Notes: generated by a model not told the origin, from the letters alone. Shown: positions 29,621-39,218, counted from the first letter of the stretch. The stretch is 55,081 bases of DNA from Candidatus Tectimicrobiota bacterium (GCA_016192455.1 JACPUC010000003.1:310001-365081); one strand, 5' to 3'. Numbers and translations: made by a program.

Positions 29621-30036
29621 GGAGACGTGGGGCGTTCTGGCCCACGGTCGCGGTGCAAAGGTTCACTGGCCAAGTGGATGCGTTGGAGGCTATTTTTGTG
29701 GGGGATCAAACGCTCCCGCGCGCCCCCTCTCTCACCCGTTCCCTCTCCCATTGGGAGAGGGGCCAGGGGTGAGGGGTATCCCGCCCCCTAATATCGCCTC
29801 CTCATTGCTTGGACGCTGGATCGGCAGGAAGAAGAGGTGCAAGAGGAGGTGTCCATCATGCAGGGGGAGTCGGCAGTGAGACGCCTGTCTGCGTGCTCTG
29901 CACAGGCAGGGTGAAGTGCTCCATGGAAGCGTACGGCGATCGCGGGGCGTCTGCCGCGTCACTCCGTGATAAAAGCAGCCGGCGGCGCGGGCTCCGTCCG
30001 GCTCAGTCTTCGCACCTCAACTGATGGACGCGACGA

Positions 30037-30693
30037 ATGGCCTACGCGCTGAATCTCTATCATGATCAGGTGGCGAGCGGCGCTGAGGCGGAGGTCGCTT
30101 TACCGGTCGCGCACCGCCTGCTCTACGTGCGGCACGGCTCGGTCAGCGCGAAGGGCCGGACCCTGGCGGCGGATGCGGCGGCCTATGTGGGCGAGGCTCT
30201 GACGCTGGCGGCCGCGGCCGAGTGGTCGCAGGTGTGGCGCTGGGAACTGGCGCGGCCCAACGCTGCGCCCAACCTCTTGCTCGGGGAAGGGACCTACTCG
30301 AGCCTGCGCATGTCGCGGGTGATCACGACGCTGGACCTGGCGGCGGGCAGCCGCTGGCTGTTCCGCCTCGACCGCATCACCAGCGCCGCCGGGCGCATCG
30401 CCGATCGGCATCAGCATCCGGGTCCCGGCATCCGCTGCCTGCTCGAAGGGACCTTCAACGTTGAACAGGCGGGAGAATCAGCGCGGGACCGGCTGCCCGG
30501 CGATACCTGGTGGGAAACCGGCGCGGATACCGTCGTCGCCTGGAGCTCTCCCCAGATGGCCGCCAAGTTCATGCGCGGCATGGTTTTGCCCGTCGAGTGG
30601 GAGGGCAAGGTCACCGGCGCGTGGCTTGCCAGCGATGCGGCGCCGGTCCGGGGTAGCTGGAAACTTTACGTGGATCAGGTAATTACGGTGTAA
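30037..30693 (+). CDS. Cupin-like hypothetical protein
   Basis: FRLDRI...HQHPGPGIRCLLEG..PGDTWWE cupin-like motif. Confidence 0.65.
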   Translation: MAYALNLYHDQVASGAEAEVALPVAHRLLYVRHGSVSAKGRTLAADAAAYVGEALTLAAAAEWSQVWRWELARPNAAPNLLLGEGTYSSLRMSRVITTLDLAAGSRWLFRLDRITSAAGRIADRHQHPGPGIRCLLEGTFNVEQAGESARDRLPGDTWWETGADTVVAWSSPQMAAKFMRGMVLPVEWEGKVTGAWLASDAAPVRGSWKLYVDQVITV

Positions 30694-30906
30694 GGTGGGG
30701 ACGGGGTGCGCGAGCGGGCGCGGCTCCCTCGCCGAACAACAGTTCAATTTCAATTATCGAAGCGATGCAAAGAAGAGGCGGGAAACGACCGAGGGCGGGA
30801 GATCAAGGAGGGTGAGGTTGCGGAGGGAATCGAGCTGAGCAAGCTCTGTGTCGTTGCGGCTGCGGGGGTGCGGCGCGGCGGAGATTGCCGCTCGGGTGAC
30901 TGAGCC

Positions 30907-32319
30907 ATGCCCTACGTGAATCTGCGGCAGTACCTCGAGAGCCTCGAACGTGCCGGGCTGCTGCGGCGCATCGCGGTCGAGGTCGACAAGGACTGGGAGA
31001 TCGCGGCGGTCGCCAAGCGGCTGTTTCAGCGCCTACCGGAGGCGCGCCGCCCCGGCCTCCTGTTCGAGCGCGTGCGGGGCTTCTCGATCCCCGTCGCGGC
31101 GGGCGTCTTCGGCGCCTCGCCGGAGGTCTACGCCACGGCCCTTGAATGCCGGCCGGAGGAGATCCATGCCCGCTGGCGGCACGCCTTCAGTCATCCGCTG
31201 CCGCCGCGCGTCGTGGCCCATGGCGCCTGCAAGGAGCACATCCTGCGCGGCGAGGCGGCCGACCTCACCAGCCTGCCGGTGCCCACCTGGACCGTCGGCG
31301 AGGACCCCAGCCCCTACATCACCGCCGGCCAGGTGATCTCAACCCATCCGGACACCGGCCTGACGAACGTCGGGGTCTACCGCCTCCAGATCAAGGGGCC
31401 GCGGCGGGCCGGGCTGTTCGTCGCCCCCGGCCACGGCATGAGCCCCCACCTGGCGCGCAATGAAGCGCTCGGCAGACCGACGCCCGTGGCCGTCGTCTTG
31501 GGGAGCGAGCCGACGTGCGTGCTGACCGCGGCCTCGCAGGTGCCGCCGGACATGGAGGAGTACGCCGTCGCCGGCGGCCTACGGGGCGCGCCCGTCGACG
31601 TGGTGCGCTGCGAGACGAACGACCTTTTCGTGCCCGCGGAGGCCGAGATCGTGATCGAGGGGATCGTACCCGCGGGCGAGCGCGAGATGGAGGGGCCGTT
31701 CGGCGAGTACACCGGCTACATGGGCCCGGCGGGGGCAAGCCACGTCCTCGAGGTGACCTGCGTCACCCACCGCCGCGAGCCGATCTACCCCTGCTTCGTC
31801 AGCGAGATGCCCCCCTCGGAGAGCAGCCTCATCCGCGGCGTGGGACGCGCCGCGGCGCTTTATGAGCACCTCGCCGCCCGCGGCTTCCCGGTCACCGATG
31901 TCTACCTGCCCCCCGAAGGCGGCGCGGCGGCCTGGCTCCTCATCGTCCTGCGCCAGGGGTCGCCCTGCGACGTGGAGGCGCTGACCGAGCAGACCTGGAA
32001 GCTCGATCCCACCCTCGGCAAGTTCACGGTCCTGCTGGATGAGGACATCAATCCACGCAACTCCTTCGAGGTTCACTGGGCCCTGGCGTTTCGTCTGCAG
32101 CCACGGCGCGACAGCCGCCTGATCGCCGATGCCGCCGGCATCAACCTGGATCCATCGCTCGCCGATCCATCCTTGCCGCCGGCTGACCGGTTCAAGGTGC
32201 GCTCCTCGAAGCTCCTCCTCGACGCCCGCAAGAAGCACCCCTACCCGGCGCGCTCCGTGCCGCCGCCGCAACACTTCGCCGAGGTCGACCGCCGCTGGTC
32301 CAGCTACGGCCTGCCGTGA
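30907..32319 (+). CDS. ubiD: UbiD-family decarboxylase, paralogue 3; family-level call only
   Basis: YVNLRQYLESLERAGLL, NVGVYR, EGPFGEYTGY, LDEDINP..VHWAL. Confidence 0.92.
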   Translation: MPYVNLRQYLESLERAGLLRRIAVEVDKDWEIAAVAKRLFQRLPEARRPGLLFERVRGFSIPVAAGVFGASPEVYATALECRPEEIHARWRHAFSHPLPPRVVAHGACKEHILRGEAADLTSLPVPTWTVGEDPSPYITAGQVISTHPDTGLTNVGVYRLQIKGPRRAGLFVAPGHGMSPHLARNEALGRPTPVAVVLGSEPTCVLTAASQVPPDMEEYAVAGGLRGAPVDVVRCETNDLFVPAEAEIVIEGIVPAGEREMEGPFGEYTGYMGPAGASHVLEVTCVTHRREPIYPCFVSEMPPSESSLIRGVGRAAALYEHLAARGFPVTDVYLPPEGGAAAWLLIVLRQGSPCDVEALTEQTWKLDPTLGKFTVLLDEDINPRNSFEVHWALAFRLQPRRDSRLIADAAGINLDPSLADPSLPPADRFKVRSSKLLLDARKKHPYPARSVPPPQHFAEVDRRWSSYGLP

Positions 32320-32437
32320 TCATACTCCTTCAACGAGCAAGGGGCGGGCGTGGGGGATCGGGGCCCCCACCCCACCCGCGCGCAGGCGATGCCGCTTCCC
32401 AGGGGCGGGTTCTTCTCGCCGCGCCAGAGACATGATC

Positions 32438-33340
32438 CTAGTAGCCAAGGCGGAGCCAAAAGTAGATGCGGTCAATCTGCAACGGCAGCCATTCATAGCC
32501 CCGCCACTGAGCGTACTTCTCGAGCTTGATCTCCTGCTGCGCCTTTTCCAGAGGCACCTTGCGGTTATAGGCATCCGTCACGGCGGCCATGAGGTCTTCC
32601 CAGTAGCCGAGGACGTCGTTGACCGCCGCCTTGGGCAGCGCCGGGGGGCCGTGGCCCGGCACGATGCGGTCAACGTCGAGGTCGCGCAACTTCTTCAGCG
32701 ACGCAATGACGTGCTGCGGATAGGTATCATACAGGCCGCGGTACGGCAGGCTGCCAGGCGAGAAGAAGTCGACGGCAAAGGCCAGGCGCTCCTTGGGCAG
32801 GTGCAGGATGGTCATGCAGTTGGAATGGTTCGGACCGAAGTAGAGAAGCCGAACCGTCTTCCCGCCAAGACGGATGGTGTGGTTCGTCGTGTAGGTGCCG
32901 TCCGGTATGACCACCTCCGGGTTGGGGCGGTCCTTGAACCGCGGCAGGCAGTTGGCTTGACTGATGAAACGGGCGCCGGCCTCTTTGAAAATTTGTCCGC
33001 CGGTCGCATGGTCCCAATGCGAGTGGCTGTAGATGACGTATTTGATCGGCGCCTGCGTGATCTTGCGGATTTCCGCCATCAGCTCTTTCGCCGCCGCCGT
33101 GCTGATGGGATCGGTAACGATCACCCCCGCCGGCGTCACGATGAAGAGATTGCGATGGAAGAAAGCGCGAAAGCTGTAAACTCCAGGCGCGATCTGGGTG
33201 ACTTCATACGGTTTCATCCCCGCCGGGAGCTGTCCCCAGGCAGGGGTAAGGAACAGCCCGAGGACGGCTGCCAGGATTACCAGCAGAGCCGCCCCCCGTA
33301 CGCGCGTCCCGCCTACTCTCCGCCCGCTGTAGTTTCGCAT
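32438..33340 (-). CDS. Exported MBL-fold metallo-hydrolase
   Basis: Signal peptide ending AWG-Q, YSHSHWDH, GPNHS, AVD, IVPGHG. Confidence 0.88.
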   Translation of the reverse strand: MRNYSGRRVGGTRVRGAALLVILAAVLGLFLTPAWGQLPAGMKPYEVTQIAPGVYSFRAFFHRNLFIVTPAGVIVTDPISTAAAKELMAEIRKITQAPIKYVIYSHSHWDHATGGQIFKEAGARFISQANCLPRFKDRPNPEVVIPDGTYTTNHTIRLGGKTVRLLYFGPNHSNCMTILHLPKERLAFAVDFFSPGSLPYRGLYDTYPQHVIASLKKLRDLDVDRIVPGHGPPALPKAAVNDVLGYWEDLMAAVTDAYNRKVPLEKAQQEIKLEKYAQWRGYEWLPLQIDRIYFWLRLGY

Positions 33341-33395
33341 CGTTCCCCCCTCCTCATGATGGTGAGTAGCCCCAGTGAACACCCCAACTCATAGG

Positions 33396-33504
33396 GTGAC
33401 ATCAGGGGTAAAGTCTACGTAGTTCATAGCAGTTTTTAGGGCGGGCGGGACGCCCGCGCTCCGGCTCGTGACATCGGGGGTGAAGTCTACATAGTTCACC
33501 GCAG
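33396..33504. repeat. Two 37-bp imperfect direct repeats separated by 35 bp
   Basis: 33396-33432 vs 33468-33504, 32/37 identical. Confidence 0.8.
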
Positions 33505-33684
33505 GGTATGCCACAGTTACTTGAACTTGGAAGCGGTCTCCGGTTTCGGGCGCCGGTTCAGCGAGGAAGGAACCATGAACGGGAAGAGCCCAAAAGCTGA
33601 ACCCGCACTGCCCCCGGGCGTGGCTGTGCAAAGCGAGGTACGGCGAGTTTTGGAACCCCTCGGCGTGCCCGAATCGTCTGGGCT

Positions 33685-33736
33685 GTAGAGGCAGGGCTGG
33701 CCCTGCCCAGAAGGGCGCGGCAAGCGGCGCCCCTAC
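33685..33736. repeat. Inverted pair of GTAG REP hairpins (REPIN-like)
   Basis: GTAGAGGCAGGGCTGGCCCTGCCC-AGAA-GGGCGCGGCAAGCGGCGCCCCTAC. Confidence 0.65.
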
Positions 33737-33892
33737 GACCTGACCGCAAGCCTCCGTGCGGCAAAGCCGGAATGCCCGCCGCCAGCTCTTTTCAGGGCTT
33801 TCGAGCTGAGCCGTGGCTCACGGAGTCACGGCCGCGCCAACCTCCCCGAACCCAAACTCGTTAAATAATGCCTTATGAGTCAAGATGATGTC

Positions 33893-33971
33893 TGGTGCCC
33901 CGGAGAGGACTCGAACCTCCGACCAACGGATTAGGAATCCGCTGCTCTATCCATTACTGAGCTACCGGGGC
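33893..33971 (-). tRNA. tRNA-Arg(CCT)
   Basis: Cloverleaf GCCCCGG/CCGGGGC, D arm GCTC/GAGC, anticodon loop TTCCTAA, GGTTCGAGTCC, encoded CCA. Confidence 0.97.
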
Positions 33972-33973
33972 GC

Positions 33974-36900
33974 CTTTCACAGTCAATGACTTAGAGGAAT
34001 TACCCCGCATCTCTGACCTCTACACTTGACTCTGATAGTGCATTCCTTAAGAGATTCACTCGCCACTTCGCGTCAAATGGCGAAGATCTTTTTCTTCCAT
34101 ATCAAACCTGAATTATAGCCGCCACAACAGGCCCCCTCATTGAAAACCCAATCTCCAACTCAACGGAACTGCCTACGTGCAAGTCTCCCCATATCTCCTC
34201 CGAAGCTTGAGAGAAGTGACAAAACACATCTTTGGGAAATCCTTCTGGGGAGGCGAAAAGATATGCTTCCTCTTTCTTGCTAACAGTGGCCTTGAATCTT
34301 TTTACCCTTCCGTCCTCATCCCGAATAAGGCCCCTTATTCGATTACGAGCCGCTGGGCTAACCGACGCATGGCTTAGTTTTGAAAACAACTCGTTGGCCT
34401 TATCACAAGCACTCCGAAGAAAAAGCTCCCGTGCATACCAATATTGTGCGTCAAAATGGCTATCGCCGTCAGTAAAGCTACGCCGCAGCAATTGCAAGAC
34501 TTGGCCCTTCTCATCTCTGGTGCCATACCGCATATACAATTTCGCCAAAGCAAAATTGACCGCTTTACTTGACGGGTTTTCTTTCACACATCTCAAAAGG
34601 ATACCCTTTGCGTCGTCATAGTCACCGTTCTCAGCGAAGCGCTGGCTCATACGAATAGCTACCCACTCTGACCTTGGGTTCTTATCGAACGCCTTGCGAA
34701 GGGCCTCGAACGCCCTGCCGTCTTGTTTCAAAAGCTCTCGGAATGCGGCTTCAGCCGTCAATAGCCGCTCGTCATCAGGAAATCGCTGTTCCCCCTCGCG
34801 AATTCGGGATTCGATATCACGTATCAGCTCGACAACCGTCCTCTCTTCAAGCTGATCGAGTTTTTCTTCACCTTTGTTCGCTAGCAAATCACGCAGTTGA
34901 TCCGATAAAAGAAGTATCAATGTGTGAAACCCGTGAGGGGTCCGCGCATCGCCCCGCGCGAGATCGCTGAGATATCCCCTCGAATCTCTGCGGAGTTTGT
35001 CCCTTAACAGGGGGTTATTAGTTTCATTAGCCTGCTGGCGTTTCAAGTTGCCGAGCGTGTGTTGGATGCCTTTATCATGAGGCGCGATACCTAACGCCGA
35101 CAACAGACTATCCTCCGCCTTCTGTAAGCTGCCGCCCGGGTGGTTCATTTCGAATACGGCCCTTTGTTGGAGTAGGTGCTGGTCATCTCCAACAAGCTGC
35201 TCTGCACGCGCGTAAAATCTCCTGGCAAGTTCTTGCGAAGCAAAGATTTCCGCGATTGCCCGTCCTCTTATGAGAGCCCGAAATGCCTCGTTATCGGATG
35301 AATAATCGATGTTCATTCCGTCCAGAATTCTTATAATTTGATCAAATCGATCTTCGGGGTCTGGTAGAACAAGTTGAAATACCAGATCGGCGATGTGTTG
35401 ATGACGGGCCGAATACATCCTGTCTCCGACATATCGGTCAATATGGCTCGTCACCACGTGCTCCAGCGGACTCAAGAACCGTTCCTTAAAATCCTCAAAC
35501 CTGATACCACTTACTCTAGCGATAAGCCCAGCTCTCACAGGAACGCCTAGTCTGTTGAGCGTGCAAACATCTAGGTAGAGGGTCTGGGCCTCGGCAGGGA
35601 TTATTCGATCAAACTCATCCTTAACGATTTCTTCAAATGGCTTGCCGAGCGTAGCCTCATGTAGCGCAACCAACAGCTGTCGCTCTGCTCTTTCAACAAA
35701 CTCGCGGACTCGTTCTTGATAAGAAAAATCAGAAAGGCGCCCTAAAGAGTCATGCTTCTCCAGTTTCGCAAGAAGAGCGTGTATCTCTTTCTCAGAGAGA
35801 TTCCGAAGCGGATATTCCTGAGTCACGAATTCGTCTAGCGTTCCACACCTGACATTCCACTCATTGTCACGCTCAGCGGTTACTATGGTTAGAGGTATTC
35901 CCGCTTCAGCTAAAGAGCCTATCACGGAAAGAATGTCATCAACACGAAGAGCAGCGCGATCGACAAAGAGGAAGATTCGTTCTTGTGTAAGGTCCCAAAG
36001 CTCCTTCAATTGATCTATGCGAATGGCACCCTCTTCCTTAACAAAAAGACATAACTTCGAAAAGGATACAGACGCCTCCCATGCCACTCTGCGCAATGTT
36101 GTTGTTTTGCCGTGTCCAGCCGGACCTTTGATGACGTGTAGATCGACCAGCCGCTGACGGTCTTTTTCATCCGCCAGTATCGCATCAACAATAATGTTAT
36201 CCGTTATTCTCCGTCGCACATCCAGGTCGGATTCAATCGGTCTCCATCCGGTATCAGCCCCGATATAAAAATGTTTTGGCTCCTTTCCGGATGTTGCCAT
36301 GCCCGATCGAACGTGATCGACATCAGCCGAAAGGAACAATCTTAGCCCTTCACTCTCTGAAGCGCCGGAAATCTTTTGAAAAGTACGTACAGATTCCGTT
36401 CCACCGCCTAAAGAGACGGGAATAGCGCGCTTGTGCTCCGGGATCGCCTTTTCTAGCGCAACAAGGAAATCCTCAGATGTCGCGCGAAGACAGGTAATTC
36501 TGTGGGTAGCCCAATATCGTTGCTCAACATCGTCGAGGTCGGGACTTACGACATAATAGCGTGGTCGGTTGATACCACTGTCTGTAAGATCAAACAGGAT
36601 CGTTTGAATGTGCTGATCATCAATAGAATAACCACAGAAAATAATTGGGAATTCGTATCCGTATTGCTGGAAGGTGCTAAACAAGCGCTTTCTGTTTCCT
36701 GAATGCCGTACGTATTGTTCCTTGGATAAGATTAAAGGAATCTCGCTGTCATCAATCTTGTCAATAGACCCGTGCAGTTTTATAAAAGGAACCGGTTTAA
36801 TTGTTTTCTTTAATGTTGTATCAATTTTCTGGCCGTCTTTGATGAATGGTACAAGTGTTTGCTTAGGTGTTTTCTCTTTGGCGTACGCCCTCTCAAGTAT

Positions 36901-37310
36901 CAGGTCATAGTTGGTAGTGACGATGGCATGCCAGTAAAAGCATGGAATAATTAGATGGTGGTCGGCAGGCTCAAAGGGCAGGAATTTATCACGAATGAAT
37001 GATTGAACGGATAAGAGGTCCGTTTCACTTATGCACATCTCAGCCACATGGGAGAGGCTGCGGTTCTTCAGTTTGCCACCGAGGAACTTGTCGCATAGTT
37101 CATTCTTCAGCAGCTCCGCACTGGGGATTATTGCACCCGCGGGATGCTGTGCGCCGAAACTTGCACCTGCGCCGAGAAAGAGAACCGCAGATTGGTCAAT
37201 AACAGCGGCTACCAAGGCGTCAGGAAGTTCCAGTGAAGGGAATGCCATTTCTCTAACCAACTGAAAAGTATTGAGTTATATGAACCTCAAAATCTCTAGG
37301 TTCGATTTAT
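33974..37310. mobile_element. AT-rich genomic island (no integrase) flanked by a duplicated tRNA 5' half
   Basis: Sharp compositional drop; bounded by 33935-33973 and its near-copy 37311-37348. Confidence 0.8.
34102..37248 (-). CDS. SIR2-like domain + P-loop (STAND-like) NTPase + helical/TPR-like repeats + C-terminal cold-shock domain; putative anti-phage protein
   Basis: VLFLGAGAS, IVTTNYD, KLHGS, IFCGYS (SIR2_2); GPAGHGKTT and IFLFVD (Walker A/B); FASPEGFPKDVFCHFS..GSSVELEIGFSMRGP (CSD). Confidence 0.88.
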   Translation of the reverse strand: MAFPSLELPDALVAAVIDQSAVLFLGAGASFGAQHPAGAIIPSAELLKNELCDKFLGGKLKNRSLSHVAEMCISETDLLSVQSFIRDKFLPFEPADHHLIIPCFYWHAIVTTNYDLILERAYAKEKTPKQTLVPFIKDGQKIDTTLKKTIKPVPFIKLHGSIDKIDDSEIPLILSKEQYVRHSGNRKRLFSTFQQYGYEFPIIFCGYSIDDQHIQTILFDLTDSGINRPRYYVVSPDLDDVEQRYWATHRITCLRATSEDFLVALEKAIPEHKRAIPVSLGGGTESVRTFQKISGASESEGLRLFLSADVDHVRSGMATSGKEPKHFYIGADTGWRPIESDLDVRRRITDNIIVDAILADEKDRQRLVDLHVIKGPAGHGKTTTLRRVAWEASVSFSKLCLFVKEEGAIRIDQLKELWDLTQERIFLFVDRAALRVDDILSVIGSLAEAGIPLTIVTAERDNEWNVRCGTLDEFVTQEYPLRNLSEKEIHALLAKLEKHDSLGRLSDFSYQERVREFVERAERQLLVALHEATLGKPFEEIVKDEFDRIIPAEAQTLYLDVCTLNRLGVPVRAGLIARVSGIRFEDFKERFLSPLEHVVTSHIDRYVGDRMYSARHQHIADLVFQLVLPDPEDRFDQIIRILDGMNIDYSSDNEAFRALIRGRAIAEIFASQELARRFYARAEQLVGDDQHLLQQRAVFEMNHPGGSLQKAEDSLLSALGIAPHDKGIQHTLGNLKRQQANETNNPLLRDKLRRDSRGYLSDLARGDARTPHGFHTLILLLSDQLRDLLANKGEEKLDQLEERTVVELIRDIESRIREGEQRFPDDERLLTAEAAFRELLKQDGRAFEALRKAFDKNPRSEWVAIRMSQRFAENGDYDDAKGILLRCVKENPSSKAVNFALAKLYMRYGTRDEKGQVLQLLRRSFTDGDSHFDAQYWYARELFLRSACDKANELFSKLSHASVSPAARNRIRGLIRDEDGRVKRFKATVSKKEEAYLFASPEGFPKDVFCHFSQASEEIWGDLHVGSSVELEIGFSMRGPVVAAIIQV

Positions 37311-37348
37311 GAATTCGCTGCTCTTTCCATTCTGAGCTACCGGGGCGC
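37311..37348 (-). repeat. att-like 5' fragment of tRNA-Arg
   Basis: GCGCCCCGGTAGCTCAGAATGGAAAGAGCAGCGAATTC matches the tRNA 5' half up to the anticodon loop (2 substitutions, 1 indel). Confidence 0.9.
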
Positions 37349-37387
37349 GCCTCGTTCAAGGAGGGCTTTGCGCTCTCGCCGTCTCTC

Positions 37388-37416
37388 AGTTTACGCCGTG
37401 CCGTAACCTTTAGCAA
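37388..37416 (-). promoter_or_regulatory. Putative host tRNA sigma70 promoter, now upstream of the SIR2-NTPase gene
   Basis: TTGCTA-17 nt-TAAACT, about 40 nt upstream of the tRNA 5' fragment. Confidence 0.6.
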
Positions 37417-37691
37417 TTCCGCGACTTGCCTCATTCCTGCCAAGGCTGCGCGCGGACGAGGATGCCGGCACGGCGGAGGCGGGAGAGCGCCGGCGGGACC
37501 TGACCCGGAGAACGACGTGGCGGAACGGCCTGACTGGTGACTCCAAGGGGAACCTCCCCGCACCCGGAGGCCGTGCCGCGGCGTGCGGCGACGGGGCGTG
37601 GGGAAGCAATGATGCCCAACATCCCCCCGCCAATCCCTGCTCCAAGCGCGCGAACTCTTCTGGGAACCTGCGGCGATACTTCCCGATCGGC

Positions 37692-39059
37692 TCACCCCAG
37701 CCTTTCGTTGATGCGCAGCACCAGCTCGGCGATGTGTGCTGGGCTGGGGCCGAGGAGGCGGATCATCGGCTCCTTGCCGCGCTCGCCGAGGTCGTAGATG
37801 ACGTCGGGCACGCAGCCGCTGGCCAGGATCGCCTGGCGTGTCCCCCACTCCAGGGAGGAGCCTTCACGCTCTTTCACCTCTTTGGGCTCGTCGGCGCGGT
37901 CGAAGCTGCCGAGACGCAGCCCGAGCTGCTCGCAGGCGGCGAGGATGCGGGGCTCGTAGCGCAGGTTCATGACGGCGCGGATGCGGCCGTCAAACTGCAT
38001 CGCCTCAAGGACGATGCCGGCCACGTGCCGCGAGGCGCCGAAGCAGGGCGGCAGGGGGGTGGTGATGGTGTCGCCGAGGCGGGTGAGGCGTCCCGGGAAG
38101 GCGGCGACCTCCTCGCGGCCGCGGGCGCCAAGCAGACCGGCGGCGAGGTTCGACTGCACCTCGGGGATGAGCCGTCCGACGCGGGCGGCGCGCAAGCGCT
38201 CGAAGGCTTCCACCAGTTCGCCCAGCAGGAGGCGTCGCTCGCCGCTGCCGCCGAGCTGGAACATCTGGTTGGGACAGCCTGGGCCGCCGCCGATGGCCAG
38301 GCTGTGCGCCAGACCTTCGCTGAGGAACGCCTTCGCCGTGCGCACCGCTTCGAGGGGAGCGGCCCCTTTCCCCAGCTCGGCGGCGATGGCGGAGGAGAGC
38401 GTGCAGCCGGTGCCGTGGGTGTTCGGGGTGTCGATGCGGGCGGCGGAGATTTCCCGCGCGCCGCCGCCGTCGAAAAAGATGTCGATGGGAGCCCCCTTGA
38501 GGTGGCCGCCCTTCACCAACACCACCGGGGAAGCGCCGCGCGGCAGGGCGCGCCGCCTGAGCAGCAGGGCGTGGAGATCGCCCGCCGCCTGCCGCATCTC
38601 AGCCAGGGTGGCGACGGGACGCCCGAGAAGCTCCGCCGCTTCCGGCAGGTTGGGGGTGATGACGTCGGCCAGCGGCAGCACCTCCTGCCGCAGGGTGGTG
38701 ATGGCGTCCTCGCTCATCAGGCGGTGCCCGGTCTGCGACACCATGACGGGATCGAGGACGATGCGCGGCGGCGCGTACTGACGCAGCTTCGCGGCGACCG
38801 CGCGCATGAGCGCGGCGGTGGAGAGCATGCCGAGCTTCACGGCGACGACGTGGAGATCGCTGAAGACGGAGTCGCACTGGGCGGCGACGATCTCCACCGG
38901 CAGGTTCTGGATGGCCTGCACGCCGCGGGTGTTCTGGGCCGTCACCGCCACGATCACCGCCGCGCCATGCAGGCCGCGGGCCGCGATGGTGCGCAGGTCG
39001 GCCTCGATGCCGGCGCCGCCGCAGCTATCGGAGCCGGCGATGGTGACCACGCTCTCCAT
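37692..39059 (-). CDS. thiD: Bifunctional HMP/HMP-P kinase ThiD fused to ThiN-type thiamine-phosphate synthase (ThiDN)
   Basis: IAGSDSCGGAGIEADL, TAQNT, DPVM, TPNLPEA, KGGH, HGTGCTLSSAIAA; C-terminal IPEVQSN, FPGR, FGASRHVA, GKEPMI. Confidence 0.93.
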   Translation of the reverse strand: MESVVTIAGSDSCGGAGIEADLRTIAARGLHGAAVIVAVTAQNTRGVQAIQNLPVEIVAAQCDSVFSDLHVVAVKLGMLSTAALMRAVAAKLRQYAPPRIVLDPVMVSQTGHRLMSEDAITTLRQEVLPLADVITPNLPEAAELLGRPVATLAEMRQAAGDLHALLLRRRALPRGASPVVLVKGGHLKGAPIDIFFDGGGAREISAARIDTPNTHGTGCTLSSAIAAELGKGAAPLEAVRTAKAFLSEGLAHSLAIGGGPGCPNQMFQLGGSGERRLLLGELVEAFERLRAARVGRLIPEVQSNLAAGLLGARGREEVAAFPGRLTRLGDTITTPLPPCFGASRHVAGIVLEAMQFDGRIRAVMNLRYEPRILAACEQLGLRLGSFDRADEPKEVKEREGSSLEWGTRQAILASGCVPDVIYDLGERGKEPMIRLLGPSPAHIAELVLRINERLG

Positions 39060-39190
39060 GGCTCGATCCTTCTGGCGCACTGATGAATGCATTCCTTCAA
39101 GTTTCCGTGCCGTCGTTCCAGTCACGAAGCGATCCTTGCGCGAGGCAGCATCCCTCCCAAGCGCACCCTTTTCCTGCGAGGTTCCATCCC

Positions 39191-39218
39191 GTAGGGGCGG
39201 TTCGCGAACCGCCCCTAC
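39191..39218. repeat. GTAG-type REP palindrome
   Basis: GTAGGGGCGGTTCGCGAACCGCCCCTAC. Confidence 0.9.

Noticed and set aside
33396-33504. Mini CRISPR array (37-bp repeats, 35-bp spacer)
   Set aside because: Only two repeats with 5 mismatches, the spacer is itself a REP-like hairpin, and there are no cas genes in the window
37311-37348. Second tRNA gene
   Set aside because: Only the 5' half is present; there is no T arm or 3' acceptor strand
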